Positions 50,068 to 60,806 of a stretch of 63,403 nt of DNA are shown here, piece after piece. The stretch comes from a virus (Duplodnaviria; Caudoviricetes): positions 1 through 63,403 of the IMG/VR virus record IMGVR_UViG_3300026512_000012. One strand, 5' to 3'. A model generated the notes under the pieces. That model had not been told where the DNA came from, ran no database searches, and saw nothing but the letters and a program-made list of their open reading frames with translations. The first letter of the stretch is position 1. Each line of letters begins with the position of its first letter. The position numbers and the translations under genes are program-made.

Positions 50068-50970
50068 TTAATCTGTTGTTAAATCTACACTATTATCAAC
50101 TCTTTGAGCTATAATATTTGCTAATTTATCTAGTTTACTCCAATGTGTAGGTGTTACTATAGCTCCATCAGCATCTGCATACACCATTGCTGCACCACCA
50201 GATGCTTCTTTATACAGATCTTTCAACAAACTGTCATCTAACGCTGCTTTCTGTCTATCATACAGGCTAGCTTGTTTTTCTTTTACTATTACATCTTTAT
50301 CTTTTACGGCTCTAGTTGCTATTCCATTTAAGCCTGCTTCAGATTTTTGTTTATCGATTAGCTCTTTATTAGCTAATGTTTGTTGAATTTGAGCTTCTTT
50401 TAAGGCATCATTTCTAACACTTGCTGAGATAGTTTCTTGTTCTTGTGTTTGCAATAGGGATATTTCCCTATTTAGTTTATCATACTGTTTATCTTTTAGT
50501 AGCCTATCTTTAATACCATTTTCAGTTAATTCTATTCTTTGAGTACTTACATACTCAGTTTCTGCTTGTAACTTTATCACTTCTTTCGGTAATATATTCG
50601 TATATTGGTACTGCTGTGCTTTTATCTCTTCTGTAATCTTATCTTTTTGTGCTTGAATTAACAGTATATCTTCTCTTTCTTTAGCTAGTTTATAACCAGC
50701 ATCTCTATTCTCTACAGCAGTCTGTAACGCTATCGTCATTAATCTGTCTGTAGTCTGTACAGTTATATCTGTTATAAGTTTAGACAACATTTCAGTTTTT
50801 TCTCTAACTGATAATGTGTTATCTGGTTCATTAAAATAACTTAATAATGTTTCTTTAGCTCTAATATATAAACTATTCTCACCTGTAGTTTCAGCTACTA
50901 ATTGCCTATATGGAGTTACTATATCCAAATCCCCTGTTGCTTCTTTTATAAATTCTTCTGTATTTGCCAC
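50068..50970 (-). CDS. virion coiled-coil structural protein (gp54-like paralogue)
   Basis: Repeated KxQAETE/LLKDKQ heptads resembling those of 56104-56616. Confidence 0.6.
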   Translation of the reverse strand: MANTEEFIKEATGDLDIVTPYRQLVAETTGENSLYIRAKETLLSYFNEPDNTLSVREKTEMLSKLITDITVQTTDRLMTIALQTAVENRDAGYKLAKEREDILLIQAQKDKITEEIKAQQYQYTNILPKEVIKLQAETEYVSTQRIELTENGIKDRLLKDKQYDKLNREISLLQTQEQETISASVRNDALKEAQIQQTLANKELIDKQKSEAGLNGIATRAVKDKDVIVKEKQASLYDRQKAALDDSLLKDLYKEASGGAAMVYADADGAIVTPTHWSKLDKLANIIAQRVDNSVDLTTD

Positions 50971-50993
50971 TTATTATCCTTTTTAATTTTTAA

Positions 50994-53900
50994 TTACTTT
51001 AAATACCCTACATACGAAAGTTCTCGTGCAGTATAATATGTTTTATATGTACTCATTTGTTCTGGAAAAACTTTACCCATTAAATAATATGTGTAGTCTT
51101 TTTCTACTTCTAGTGTAAAACTATGAGTAGCTACACCACTAATATGAAATTGCCAATCTGGATCACCAGAACTAGGTGCAATACTTTGTCTTTTTAATAC
51201 TCCAATAAGAGGAGTAGTACATTGATTATCTTCACCATCTTTAAGAATAATATTTACTGTAATAGTTAGTGTTACTTTATCATTAACAAATGGTTTATTT
51301 GGTATTTCAATATATGCATGCATATATTTAAATTTTTCGTCATCATCTAAATACTGTTCATCAGTAAATTTTTCTGAGTCTTTTATTGTAATAGCAGGTA
51401 ATCTTGCTATATCTATAGTCCCAGTTTTTATAGAATCAGCTTCAATTGTTGCACCTTTTATACTTCCACCTTCAATACTTGTACCTTTTATATACCCACC
51501 TTGAATATTTGGATCATCAGTAGTACCTTGTGCTTCACTATTTAAAATAAAATTTTCAGTAGTATTTTTTATATACACTTTATTAGTGGTTAAATCAATG
51601 TATGTTTTATTATCCTTTGATGATAGTTTACCTGCTGCAATATTATCGGCATTTAAATTAGTCACACCTATTGCACTAGCATCAATAGTTCCTGTTGTAA
51701 TATTACTGGCATTTAAATTAGTTACAGTTACTTTATCAGCATCAATAGTCCCTGTTGTGATCCTACTACCATCTATAATAGTTTGTTCTGTTAAAGAGGC
51801 ACCTATCCACTTAGTTAATACAGTATTTCCTTCAATCAAAGTAATATCAGTTATATAAACTGACTTACCAGCAGTTTCTTTATCATTTATTTTAAACCTT
51901 AATAGTGATGTATCTATATCTTTATTTAAAAGTGCAAAGGAGAAAGTATGTGTAAAAACTTGCCAATCACTTGTAGTAGATGCTGTAAATACCTCATTAT
52001 ATTTATTAGCTTCTACATCAGTTAATTCTAATTCACAGTCAATTAAAAATGGATTATCAGATGTAGCCTCATCAGTTTTTATTTTTAAAAACATACTATA
52101 AGTAATGTTATCTTTTAATTTAACAGGTATTTCTGCTATGGTACTATCACTACTTTTAATTCCAAACCCTGAATCACCACCTATCAAAGGGTGCTGATAA
52201 TTAGTTGTTGCCTCACTAATCATGCCCTTATTGATCATATTAGCTATTCTATTATTTACAGCATTTGCAATATTACTTATTTTTATTTTATCAGTGTCTA
52301 TAGTATCTGCTTTTATATTATCACCTTCAATAGTATTGCTATGAATTTGATATGCAGTAATGCTCCCAGTAGTAATTTTACCGCCATCTATAGTTGTAGT
52401 ATTGGTATTAATAGCATTTGCTACTTCATTTGGAGCTAAACTACTAATTAATTGATATTCATGATTTGCATTTACTATTAACGGTTCTATAGAACTTTCC
52501 GTACTTGCATATACACTACCTATTTCTAAAGCTGTTTTCATATCAGCAGTTACTACACCTGCTTTAATCCCAGTACTTGAATTTATACTAAATGTTTTAC
52601 CTACACTGTCATCAGTAAATTCATAAGTATAAATATTAAATCCGTAATGTACACCCCATGTCCCTATTGTATATTGATGATTATCCTCATCTATATACAC
52701 TAATAACATTGGTCGAGTATTAGGAATTAAGTTCCAACTATAAATAGTAGCAATCCCTTTACTCTCATCTGTTATAGTAAATTCTCCTGTAATACCTGGC
52801 ATACCAGGTCCTCTAATAGTTTTAGGACCTCCTTGCACACTGCTAAATTCTACTGCACCATTGAATTTTATTTGTACATCATCACTATCACCATCCATAT
52901 CTATTGAAAATGGATTAAATACTTTATTACCAGGAACCCCTGCTTTTGTTATTGCAAAATGATCAGCACTTATATTAAATTGACTCTGAACAGCACTTCC
53001 ATCACCAAAACTCCATCCTGTGACTGAACCTGTCTCAGGATCTGTTAGTAGTTTGTTTGCACCCCCTATCCAACCATAAACAGCAGCTTTTTCTATTGGT
53101 AGTAATTCCCAACTTAAATTACCATTATTACTAACATACTTATATAGTTTATTAGTTTGTGCGTATACTCCACCATAGTTTTCATCAGTTCTTCTCCATA
53201 AATCTCCTACTGATGGTTGTACATTGTTACCATTACCAGCAGTATCTACAAAATCTGATTCACCTGGAGCAGGTGATGCACTGTTACTAGTAAATAGATG
53301 TATGTTATGAGATTCCATCGTAGTTGCTTGTACAAACTTCGACAAATCTTCTGTGTATTTTGTAGTTATTGTCCAATTACTTCCATCATATGTGTATATT
53401 TCTTTACTCTCATATGGGTATAGTTCCCAATTCGCAGTATCAGTAGCAGGTGCTTCCGTTTCAGTATCTGCTATATCGTTTTTAGCTTTATATGATTTAT
53501 ACTTTTCACTGCTATTACTCCTATATTTAACTATATCTCCAATGTCATATTCTTTTACACTCCATTCATCAGGCTCAGCAGGTATCCACATATCATTTAT
53601 TTCAGGATTAGTTGGAATATCAATTTGTACATATATTGCTTTTTTAGTATCAATCTTATCATAAACTATATCAGGTACTTCCATTTCTACCCATTTATAA
53701 TCAAATTCTGTATCGTTACTTTCATTTGGTATTTTACTATATATGTATTCAGTATTTTTACCTTGATATGTAGCTATTACATTGTCAGCATTATCTTTAA
53801 TCTTAATAGGATCAGTACTAGTATTTTTCCATAAATCACCTATATACTTATCTAAATCAGAACTATCAACAACTCCTATAGCCGTAGTATGATTTGCAGG

Positions 53901-55676
53901 AACAGTATTTTGATAAAATGTTTCAGCTTTTTTATCTACTTGTGCTTTAATATCATTAACAAATGGCATATAAGTTTTATCTTTCCATTTATCAAATTCT
54001 TGCTGTACATCAGCTATAGCATATTTATAGTTTTCAATTTTTACCCATTGTGTTGGTGTGTGCCCTTCAACATACCTATATATCTCCCCTTCTATATACT
54101 CATTTCCATTATTATCTGTAACATCACTTTCAGGTATCCATAAATCCCCTGTCTGTATAGCTATGCTATGCCCATTAATTACTCTTGATGAAGGAACACT
54201 ATCTCCACCAAATATAGTTCTTTTTCCATCTGCTGTATCTTGTGCCCTTGAAGCATCACTTAAAGCTTTTGTTATATCTACATCTGTTATATATACCCAA
54301 TAATATACAATACCTCTATCTGGGCTATCATCACTTATATCGTTATATACATACCTATAAGCTCTACCTGTCAGTCTATCGTAGTATAAATCTTTTAAAT
54401 GCCTATCTCGTTCAGTAGTAGTAACATCTTTGTCATTATCCACTCTAGGCTGAATACCATCTGTATCATACCAATAATAGCCATCATCTATTTTTACATT
54501 ATCTATTTCATACCATTCAGATTCAGCTGTATTAATTTTATATATTGATAACCATAGAGCAGTATCGGAAAAATCTGTATTCGTTAAATCTACTGTGTCA
54601 TTATCCCCTAAGTACTTATACATTTGACTATGTACTAATTCAAACACAAAATCATTTGTTACAACATCAGCAGATGTGTTGTCACTGCTATATTTAGCAT
54701 CATTCACACTAAACTCAGGAGTACCGTCTTTAAACCAAGTTGTTATTGCTTTATCTACTTGTATTTGCAAATCATTTATTTGAGTTGTTAATTCATTATT
54801 AAGAGTACTTAATCCTATATTTATTTTTTCAATAGCATCCTGATCCATTCGTACCCAACCATCACCATTAGGTCCTAGAGTACCACCCAGATACTGATAA
54901 TATATATCCCCTACTTGCTTAAATTGTCCTAATTTAGGGTCAGTACCTTCAACCCATTGTGTAAAATGCCCTGTAACCACTTCACTATGTTCTTGCAATG
55001 TTACATCTAATCCATCATACTTAGCAGTTAAATCTTGTTCAATACTCGCTCTAGCTTGATTAGCATCAGCTATTGTTTCATATGTTAATGCTAAATCTGC
55101 TATAGAGTCTTTGTTATACTTACTCTCTAATTTAGTATCTATTTCTGCAATAGCTGCATTAACATTTGCTATTGTTTTGTATGTAGTACTCAAGTTTGCT
55201 ATTGCTGTATTAGTATAATTTTTATATTCGCTTCTTAAAGCTGTAGTAGCTATTGCAATAGCCTCATCAACAGATGATGATACTTTATAGTTTATATCTA
55301 ATTCTGCTGTTATATCCCTATCTCCAGACTCTAATTCACTTCTTAATCTTGTCTCTACATCTCCAGTAACTATTGTTAAACTTTCATTTAATCCATTTAT
55401 TGATGCTGTTATACTGCTACTTAGATTATTTAATTGTTCTTCTATATTTTTAAATTTACTATTTATAGCTTGATTTATGGCTTCCTCAACCCATTGAGGC
55501 ACACCGCCTAGTAATTGTCCTTTATACATCCCAGGTGAGCTTAAAGTATATTCTGTATTTAATACTTCAATTGTCTTTTGAGCTGTTGTTGCAGTTTCAT
55601 TATTATCAACTACTGATACACTGTTTCGTTTAATTGATGTTGTCTCATCTTTAATAGCTTGTATAGTATTCGACAT
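50994..55676 (-). CDS. tail fibre / receptor-binding protein
   Basis: N-terminal coiled coil, repeated GDLW modules, CBM5/12-like YDIGDIVKY..YKA, SQFNISADHFAI, DGxxITTGxIxA beta-helix repeats. Confidence 0.78.
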   Translation of the reverse strand: MSNTIQAIKDETTSIKRNSVSVVDNNETATTAQKTIEVLNTEYTLSSPGMYKGQLLGGVPQWVEEAINQAINSKFKNIEEQLNNLSSSITASINGLNESLTIVTGDVETRLRSELESGDRDITAELDINYKVSSSVDEAIAIATTALRSEYKNYTNTAIANLSTTYKTIANVNAAIAEIDTKLESKYNKDSIADLALTYETIADANQARASIEQDLTAKYDGLDVTLQEHSEVVTGHFTQWVEGTDPKLGQFKQVGDIYYQYLGGTLGPNGDGWVRMDQDAIEKINIGLSTLNNELTTQINDLQIQVDKAITTWFKDGTPEFSVNDAKYSSDNTSADVVTNDFVFELVHSQMYKYLGDNDTVDLTNTDFSDTALWLSIYKINTAESEWYEIDNVKIDDGYYWYDTDGIQPRVDNDKDVTTTERDRHLKDLYYDRLTGRAYRYVYNDISDDSPDRGIVYYWVYITDVDITKALSDASRAQDTADGKRTIFGGDSVPSSRVINGHSIAIQTGDLWIPESDVTDNNGNEYIEGEIYRYVEGHTPTQWVKIENYKYAIADVQQEFDKWKDKTYMPFVNDIKAQVDKKAETFYQNTVPANHTTAIGVVDSSDLDKYIGDLWKNTSTDPIKIKDNADNVIATYQGKNTEYIYSKIPNESNDTEFDYKWVEMEVPDIVYDKIDTKKAIYVQIDIPTNPEINDMWIPAEPDEWSVKEYDIGDIVKYRSNSSEKYKSYKAKNDIADTETEAPATDTANWELYPYESKEIYTYDGSNWTITTKYTEDLSKFVQATTMESHNIHLFTSNSASPAPGESDFVDTAGNGNNVQPSVGDLWRRTDENYGGVYAQTNKLYKYVSNNGNLSWELLPIEKAAVYGWIGGANKLLTDPETGSVTGWSFGDGSAVQSQFNISADHFAITKAGVPGNKVFNPFSIDMDGDSDDVQIKFNGAVEFSSVQGGPKTIRGPGMPGITGEFTITDESKGIATIYSWNLIPNTRPMLLVYIDEDNHQYTIGTWGVHYGFNIYTYEFTDDSVGKTFSINSSTGIKAGVVTADMKTALEIGSVYASTESSIEPLIVNANHEYQLISSLAPNEVANAINTNTTTIDGGKITTGSITAYQIHSNTIEGDNIKADTIDTDKIKISNIANAVNNRIANMINKGMISEATTNYQHPLIGGDSGFGIKSSDSTIAEIPVKLKDNITYSMFLKIKTDEATSDNPFLIDCELELTDVEANKYNEVFTASTTSDWQVFTHTFSFALLNKDIDTSLLRFKINDKETAGKSVYITDITLIEGNTVLTKWIGASLTEQTIIDGSRITTGTIDADKVTVTNLNASNITTGTIDASAIGVTNLNADNIAAGKLSSKDNKTYIDLTTNKVYIKNTTENFILNSEAQGTTDDPNIQGGYIKGTSIEGGSIKGATIEADSIKTGTIDIARLPAITIKDSEKFTDEQYLDDDEKFKYMHAYIEIPNKPFVNDKVTLTITVNIILKDGEDNQCTTPLIGVLKRQSIAPSSGDPDWQFHISGVATHSFTLEVEKDYTYYLMGKVFPEQMSTYKTYYTARELSYVGYLK
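51648..51760 (-). repeat. 60-bp tandem repeat encoding ITTGTIDAxxxxVTNLNA beta-helix units
   Basis: GGCATTTAAATTAGT and AGCATCAATAGT recur at a 60-bp period. Confidence 0.8.
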
Positions 55677-55684
55677 AATATTCC

Positions 55685-56101
55685 TTATAATTCTTCTGTA
55701 GTAGTATCTTCTTGTACAGGAGGTGTAGTAGCATCATATACACTTATTGCTGCTATATTCTCTATTATAGAGGTTATAGCCACAGTGTTATCTGTAAAAT
55801 ATATCTGTAATATTCCTTTATATAATGGCTTACTATAATACCCATCTACTTTGTCACCTCTCTCTACTTGTAATCTTTGAGTATTCGTTGCAGTCATACG
55901 GCACATGACTATACCTTTTTGAGCATCTTGTACTATTACAGGTATTACGAACATTGTCTCCCCATCTTCAGTTTTCTTTATTACGAGACTACTATATTGC
56001 GGGTCTAGATGTGCTAAATTTTGTGGTAAAAAACTATCTCTTTGTAACACCCTGAGTGTAAAGACATACTCTAGTCCCGTAGGTATTGTAATATTAGTCA
56101 T
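55685..56101 (-). CDS. probable fibre adaptor (BppU-N-like Ig fold)
   Basis: Beta-rich; IVQDAQKGIVMCRMT; adjacent to the fibre gene. Confidence 0.5.
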   Translation of the reverse strand: MTNITIPTGLEYVFTLRVLQRDSFLPQNLAHLDPQYSSLVIKKTEDGETMFVIPVIVQDAQKGIVMCRMTATNTQRLQVERGDKVDGYYSKPLYKGILQIYFTDNTVAITSIIENIAAISVYDATTPPVQEDTTTEEL

Positions 56102-56103
56102 TA

Positions 56104-56616
56104 TTACCCTTTCACTTCATTATACATATTCTGTATAGCAATATTTGTTAACAAATCTGGTACATTATCTGCTTTACCATTATTATAAATAGTTGTCCAT
56201 GAACCTGTTTGTATTTTAAGTAATTCTATAGGTATTTCTTTTTCTAATTTAATTATTTGTTGATCTTTTAATAATAAATCTTTAGTTGATTGATTTTCAG
56301 CTATTAACTTTTTACTATCTATTTCTTCTGTTTGAGCTTTAGTCAACTCAATTTGAGCTTCAATTTGTTTCTCTTGTAGAGTATATTGAACACTTTGTGC
56401 TATTACATTTTGAATAGCTCCTAAATATACAGTAGCATACTCTTTACCAACAATTCTACCACTATCAAATTCAACTTTAATGTTACCATTAACAGCTTCC
56501 ATCAATTTATCGAATATACCTGTACCTTGCCACTTATACCCACCATCACTATTACCAACTATTGAACCATTTACTAATTCATTTATTTGTATATCTGTAT
56601 CCATTTTATACCTCAC
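56104..56616 (-). CDS. N4 gp54-like virion protein
   Basis: GTGIFDKLM...EFDSGRIVGKEYATVYLGA motif. Confidence 0.75.
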   Translation of the reverse strand: MRYKMDTDIQINELVNGSIVGNSDGGYKWQGTGIFDKLMEAVNGNIKVEFDSGRIVGKEYATVYLGAIQNVIAQSVQYTLQEKQIEAQIELTKAQTEEIDSKKLIAENQSTKDLLLKDQQIIKLEKEIPIELLKIQTGSWTTIYNNGKADNVPDLLTNIAIQNMYNEVKG

Positions 56617-56968
56617 ATATAAATATTATTGTAAATACATTTGCAGTAATACCTATATTTTTAATACTAACACCACTTGTAGTTTTTGTTACTTCTACAT
56701 TTGTAGCTAGTCCTTTTAGCTCTACTGCACCGTCTTCATCAAAATCACTTGTAGCTTTTGCATATATTTCAACATTTTTATATTTTGTAGGTTTAGGGTT
56801 ATGTTCAACTTCCCCTTCATACATAGGAGTAAAGATGGCATTATTTAATGATATAGTAACAGTATCATTTAATCCAATAGTTACATTATCTTTTTTATAG
56901 AATACTGTTCTTTTTACTGCTGTAGGAGTATATACTGTACTCTCAAAATTAATTGTACCATATGCCAT
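56606..56968 (-). CDS. hypothetical structural protein
   Basis: 120 aa, beta-rich, AAGGA RBS. Confidence 0.7.
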   Translation of the reverse strand: MAYGTINFESTVYTPTAVKRTVFYKKDNVTIGLNDTVTISLNNAIFTPMYEGEVEHNPKPTKYKNVEIYAKATSDFDEDGAVELKGLATNVEVTKTTSGVSIKNIGITANVFTIIFICEV

Positions 56969-56990
56969 ATTATATCCTTTATACTCTAAT

Positions 56991-57014
56991 TACAACCTAC
57001 CTTAGTAGGCTGTA
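56991..57014 (-). terminator. intergenic stem-loop (terminator or mRNA stability element)
   Basis: Minus strand TACAGCCTAC-taag-GTAGGTTGTA; no clear U-tract. Confidence 0.45.
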
Positions 57015-57023
57015 TTAAAGTAC

Positions 57024-57521
57024 TTATTTTATTTTTGCAAGCTCTGAATGATACTGTATAGAATATCTTTTTCTTAATACTGTATTATCAAGTCCTGTAT
57101 TTTGGTTTCTTACTGTTACTTGCATAAGTAGACTTTCTAGTACTCCTAAATGCCCTACAGTTACTTCTATTGGCTCATTTAACGGCAACAGTGCTGTTCC
57201 TAAGTCAAAGTACTCGTTACCACATGTAACTGATGCTACAGTTGTGTACATATTCTCTTTTGGATCATTATCTGTTATTGTTACTATTTTTGTTTTTCTA
57301 GCTTCTTTTTCTGCTTCTTTTATTTTTAATCTAAATTTCATTTCTGGATCATTTATATTAATACCAGTATCTCCAGCTTCTTGTTCTTTAATTTTAACTG
57401 GTACCTCTTTTGCTTTATAGGCTTCTTCAATTCTTTTTGCCAATGTTTCTTCCCCAATCTTTTCGCTGTACTTTATACCCAGCTCATCTGCTTCAGTTTT
57501 TAATTCTTCTATTTTACTCAT
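57024..57521 (-). CDS. N4 gp55-like protein
   Basis: LKTEADELGIKYSEKIGEETL N-terminal motif; ATG at 57521 after AAAGGA (the ORF track extends to 57557). Confidence 0.75.
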   Translation of the reverse strand: MSKIEELKTEADELGIKYSEKIGEETLAKRIEEAYKAKEVPVKIKEQEAGDTGININDPEMKFRLKIKEAEKEARKTKIVTITDNDPKENMYTTVASVTCGNEYFDLGTALLPLNEPIEVTVGHLGVLESLLMQVTVRNQNTGLDNTVLRKRYSIQYHSELAKIK

Positions 57522-57592
57522 TATACTAATTCCTTTATGGTTTTTTAGTCTTGTCAAAGATGTTCAAGACATCAACATATTTTCTATTTTAC

Positions 57593-57619
57593 ATTAAGGG
57601 TGCTTTAAGCACCCTTAAT
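57593..57619. terminator. perfect inverted repeat downstream of the major capsid gene
   Basis: ATTAAGGGTGCTT-T-AAGCACCCTTAAT. Confidence 0.6.
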
Positions 57620-57629
57620 ATTCTAGTAT

Positions 57630-58814
57630 CTATTTAGATACACATACACTCATTCTTAGTACTGCTTCTGGCTTCAATAGAATTGACGCATAAAAGAAGT
57701 TATAACTAAAGAATCCTTTAGTTGCATAAGGGTTGTTCAAACTTGCATCTGAAGGAGCTTTAGCATTAAACTTAATTCTATTCATACCTCTTAGTCCTAC
57801 AGTTGCGATTGCATCTTGTGATGGAAACAATATATAGTGAACATCAAAGTTACTACCATTGTTAGCCAAATCACCGACATAATTGTCACCCACAGCAGCA
57901 CCACCACCTATATTAGCTAGTGCACTTTCAGATTCAATGAATCTAGCTTCATGCATTGCACCTACTTCACCTTGAGCAGCAGTTTTTGGATTACCATACT
58001 TATGGAACGGTACATATACATACTCAGTCTCAGCACCAGAACCTCTAGTTAAGTTTTCTAGATCACCTTTTACATCTGAACCTATAATAGCATAGAAAGC
58101 TTTAGCAACAGGTTTTGTACCAATCTTAGTAGAACCTTCTACTATTGATGTATTTTTCTGTGCTCTATTTCTAACTAGACGTCTTATACCTTTTCTAATC
58201 AAGTTATAACTAACTCTCCACTTAACATCTTCTGAACCATCGTCAGCAATACCATTAGCCATACCAGCATCAGTAGTTGCAGTACCTGCAAACATTTGAG
58301 TAGGAGTATTTAGCATATCTATTTGTAGTAAATCTTCATATCTACTATTAGCTAGTGCACCTAGTTCTTCTCTATATCTAACTTGTATAGCATCTTCTGA
58401 GAATAATTCTACTTCGTCAGTATAAGGCAACATTTCACCAAATCTAGCAAATGAAGTTGAGAATGTTATTTTCTCTAGTTTTCTTTCATTAGTAGCTCCA
58501 ACACCTTCTGTCAAACTTGCACCTGTACCATCGGTAGCTAGCAATTGAGTTCTAACTGTATTTAGATCTCTACCTGTTAGAAATCCTTTTGAACCAAATT
58601 CAGGATCTGTGATTTGATTTCTATCATACATATGTAGAAATTTACTAATCTTGTATGTTTTACCCCTCTTCTTTGGTTGATATTTCTTAGTAGCAAATTG
58701 TCCATAGACATTTACTCTATTAGCCGCTTTTATCCCTGCTTTGTCATAGAAGTGCAATATAGTATTTGCTCCACTAGTACTGTTTGTTCCGTTTCCATAT
58801 ACACTTGTAGCCAT
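57630..58814 (-). CDS. major capsid protein, N4 gp56 family
   Basis: 394 aa; LTEGVGATN, GEVGAMHEARFI, NNPYATKGFFSYNFFY..LKPE; synteny. Confidence 0.92.
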   Translation of the reverse strand: MATSVYGNGTNSTSGANTILHFYDKAGIKAANRVNVYGQFATKKYQPKKRGKTYKISKFLHMYDRNQITDPEFGSKGFLTGRDLNTVRTQLLATDGTGASLTEGVGATNERKLEKITFSTSFARFGEMLPYTDEVELFSEDAIQVRYREELGALANSRYEDLLQIDMLNTPTQMFAGTATTDAGMANGIADDGSEDVKWRVSYNLIRKGIRRLVRNRAQKNTSIVEGSTKIGTKPVAKAFYAIIGSDVKGDLENLTRGSGAETEYVYVPFHKYGNPKTAAQGEVGAMHEARFIESESALANIGGGAAVGDNYVGDLANNGSNFDVHYILFPSQDAIATVGLRGMNRIKFNAKAPSDASLNNPYATKGFFSYNFFYASILLKPEAVLRMSVCVSK

Positions 58815-58844
58815 TTTATTTTCCTTGTTTATATTTTATATAAA

Positions 58845-60110
58845 CTACAAATTATCCTCTAACTTTTTATACCATTCTTCGAATGCTTCATCGCTATCTT
58901 CTAAATAATCTGTAGCTGTTTTCTTACCAGCCCTACTTCTTGTAGTACCAGCTGCCTTCCGTTTAGATGAGTTAACAGATCTTTCATTTCTTTTAACTTC
59001 TTCAGCTTTTATTTTTGCTAATCTGTTTGCCTCTATCTGAACAGCTTTTTCTTGTTGCTCTTTTTTTTGTGCAAGTGCTTGCTGAACCAACTCTTGTTGT
59101 CTTTGCTCTGTCAAATACTGTGCACCAGCTGCTTTGTAATACTCAATGTCTGATCTTTTTCCGCCATCTAGTACTTTCAATTTCATAGCTCTAGGACTTA
59201 CTATATCAAACATTCCATTTTTAATATCATTATGTAACCCTACTATATCATTAGGATTTGAAGCCATTGCTTCTTTACTGACATCATCCCATTGTTTCAC
59301 TATTACATTTTCTGTTATAGCAAATTCAGGATCTGCACTTATACTTTCTAGTACATCATCTACAGTAATCTGATCAGCTGTTCTGCCATACCTAGTAGGT
59401 ACGAACTCTTTAGCTTCTTCTAATTCTAATTCCATAGGATCCACACCAGCTCTCTTTATGATTGCTGCTACTGCTTCTGGTTTCTTTTCATTTATAGCAT
59501 CTGCTAATAAGTTTAAATCATCTACAGATAACTTAGCAGCTACTGCTGTATCTACAAGCTCTCTGTGACTTTTTATACCCTGTGTCTTTTTTGTATAGTC
59601 CACTGACTGCCCAAACACTGTTGGGTAACTATCCAACATTTCTTGAATAGTAAACTCAAAATCTTTACCAGCTGCTTTGAACTTTCTTTTTTCATCTAGG
59701 TCTATAACTAGTTTATCATTTTCAGATTTTACTTCCTCATTAGGTTTTCCGTTATTGTTAGTCTTGTCAGACTCATCTTCGGTTCCTTCTTTTTCAGTAT
59801 CTTCTGAATCTTTTTCACTGTCATTATCACCATTACTATCATCTGTTACGGAATCCTCATCAGAGTTAACATCACTATCATTCTCATCTAGTTCGTGCTC
59901 TTCTGCAGGTTGTTCCAAATCATCATCATCTTCATCACTATTATCATCTTCAATATCATTAACGCTATTCTCTTCTGAATCGTCTTGTATTGAATCATCA
60001 TCATCTATACTTGCTTGGGCTTCTTTGAAAGCTGCTTCTAGCTCTTCATCATCCATATCGAACAATTCTTCCTCACTGTATCCAGTGTTAGTTTTTTGTT
60101 CTGCACTCAT
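58845..60110 (-). CDS. N4 gp57-like protein (acidic; scaffold or so-called tape measure)
   Basis: Long D/E-rich N-terminus, KFKAAGKDFE, VDYTKKTQ, C-terminal SDEAFE. Confidence 0.8.
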   Translation of the reverse strand: MSAEQKTNTGYSEEELFDMDDEELEAAFKEAQASIDDDDSIQDDSEENSVNDIEDDNSDEDDDDLEQPAEEHELDENDSDVNSDEDSVTDDSNGDNDSEKDSEDTEKEGTEDESDKTNNNGKPNEEVKSENDKLVIDLDEKRKFKAAGKDFEFTIQEMLDSYPTVFGQSVDYTKKTQGIKSHRELVDTAVAAKLSVDDLNLLADAINEKKPEAVAAIIKRAGVDPMELELEEAKEFVPTRYGRTADQITVDDVLESISADPEFAITENVIVKQWDDVSKEAMASNPNDIVGLHNDIKNGMFDIVSPRAMKLKVLDGGKRSDIEYYKAAGAQYLTEQRQQELVQQALAQKKEQQEKAVQIEANRLAKIKAEEVKRNERSVNSSKRKAAGTTRSRAGKKTATDYLEDSDEAFEEWYKKLEDNL

Positions 60111-60430
60111 TACTTATCCTCATCTATATCTATAGTTTCATCATCTTCTTCAGCACCTATGGACTTACCTAGCTCTTTAATTGTATTGAAATGGTCTTGT
60201 AATGCACTTACAGCTATTAAACCTTCCATAACATCTGTTCTAGCATTTGCAGCTTTTACAGAATCGTGTGATAATATTCCTACACCTGTTACAGCTTTGT
60301 CTGTAAAGTACCCATCTAGTATTACTTTTTTAAAGTCTGTATTATTATACAATCTTTCTAATGCTTCTGCTTGGTCTAGCCAATACCCTGAATCTTCTCT
60401 ACTTATTGCTACTCGGTTAATCATATCCAT
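60110..60430 (-). CDS. N4 gp58-like protein
   Basis: EALERLYNNTDFKKVILDGYF motif; synteny. Confidence 0.78.
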   Translation of the reverse strand: MDMINRVAISREDSGYWLDQAEALERLYNNTDFKKVILDGYFTDKAVTGVGILSHDSVKAANARTDVMEGLIAVSALQDHFNTIKELGKSIGAEEDDETIDIDEDK

Positions 60431-60484
60431 TATGATTCCTTTGGTTTAAATTTTGATCCCTATTATAGGGCTATCAATACAAGT

Positions 60485-60507
60485 ATTATACATTGTACTC
60501 ACTTAAG
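60485..60507 (-). promoter_or_regulatory. putative late promoter CTTAA-N12-TATAAT for the capsid operon
   Basis: Minus strand aaaaCTTAAgtgagtacaatgTATAAT. Confidence 0.68.
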
Positions 60508-60521
60508 TTTTTCTTAAGGCT

Positions 60522-60788
60522 CTACATACCACTTGCTGCCAGGCTTGGTTCTCCACTAGGTTGAGGGGTTTGCTGTGATGCTTGTTGTTGTTGCTGTATC
60601 AATTGTATAGCCATATCTATAACTTCTTTAGGTACACCCATTTTTAACAACTCTTCTGGTGTTTTACCACTCATAAGTAGTTGTACAACTTTCATAACTA
60701 ATTCTTTCATTTGTGCTTGTTGATCTTCTTGAGGAGAAACTGCTTCTCCCATTCCAGCAGCTGCTAGACTTTGTCCTTGTGGTTCCAT
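60522..60788 (-). CDS. small Gln-rich hypothetical protein
   Basis: AAGGA RBS; helical core GKTPEELLKMGVP. Confidence 0.7.
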   Translation of the reverse strand: MEPQGQSLAAAGMGEAVSPQEDQQAQMKELVMKVVQLLMSGKTPEELLKMGVPKEVIDMAIQLIQQQQQASQQTPQPSGEPSLAASGM

Positions 60789-60806
60789 TTTATATCCTTT
60801 ATTCTA

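Noticed and set aside
50994-51400. Diversity-generating retroelement target at the fibre C-terminus
   Set aside because: No reverse transcriptase and no template/variable repeat pair seen.
59677-60135. Ser-rich + strand ORF and the other short antisense or nested ORFs in the track
   Set aside because: Shadows of real genes (e.g. the reverse complement of GAT/GAA runs); no RBS or motifs.
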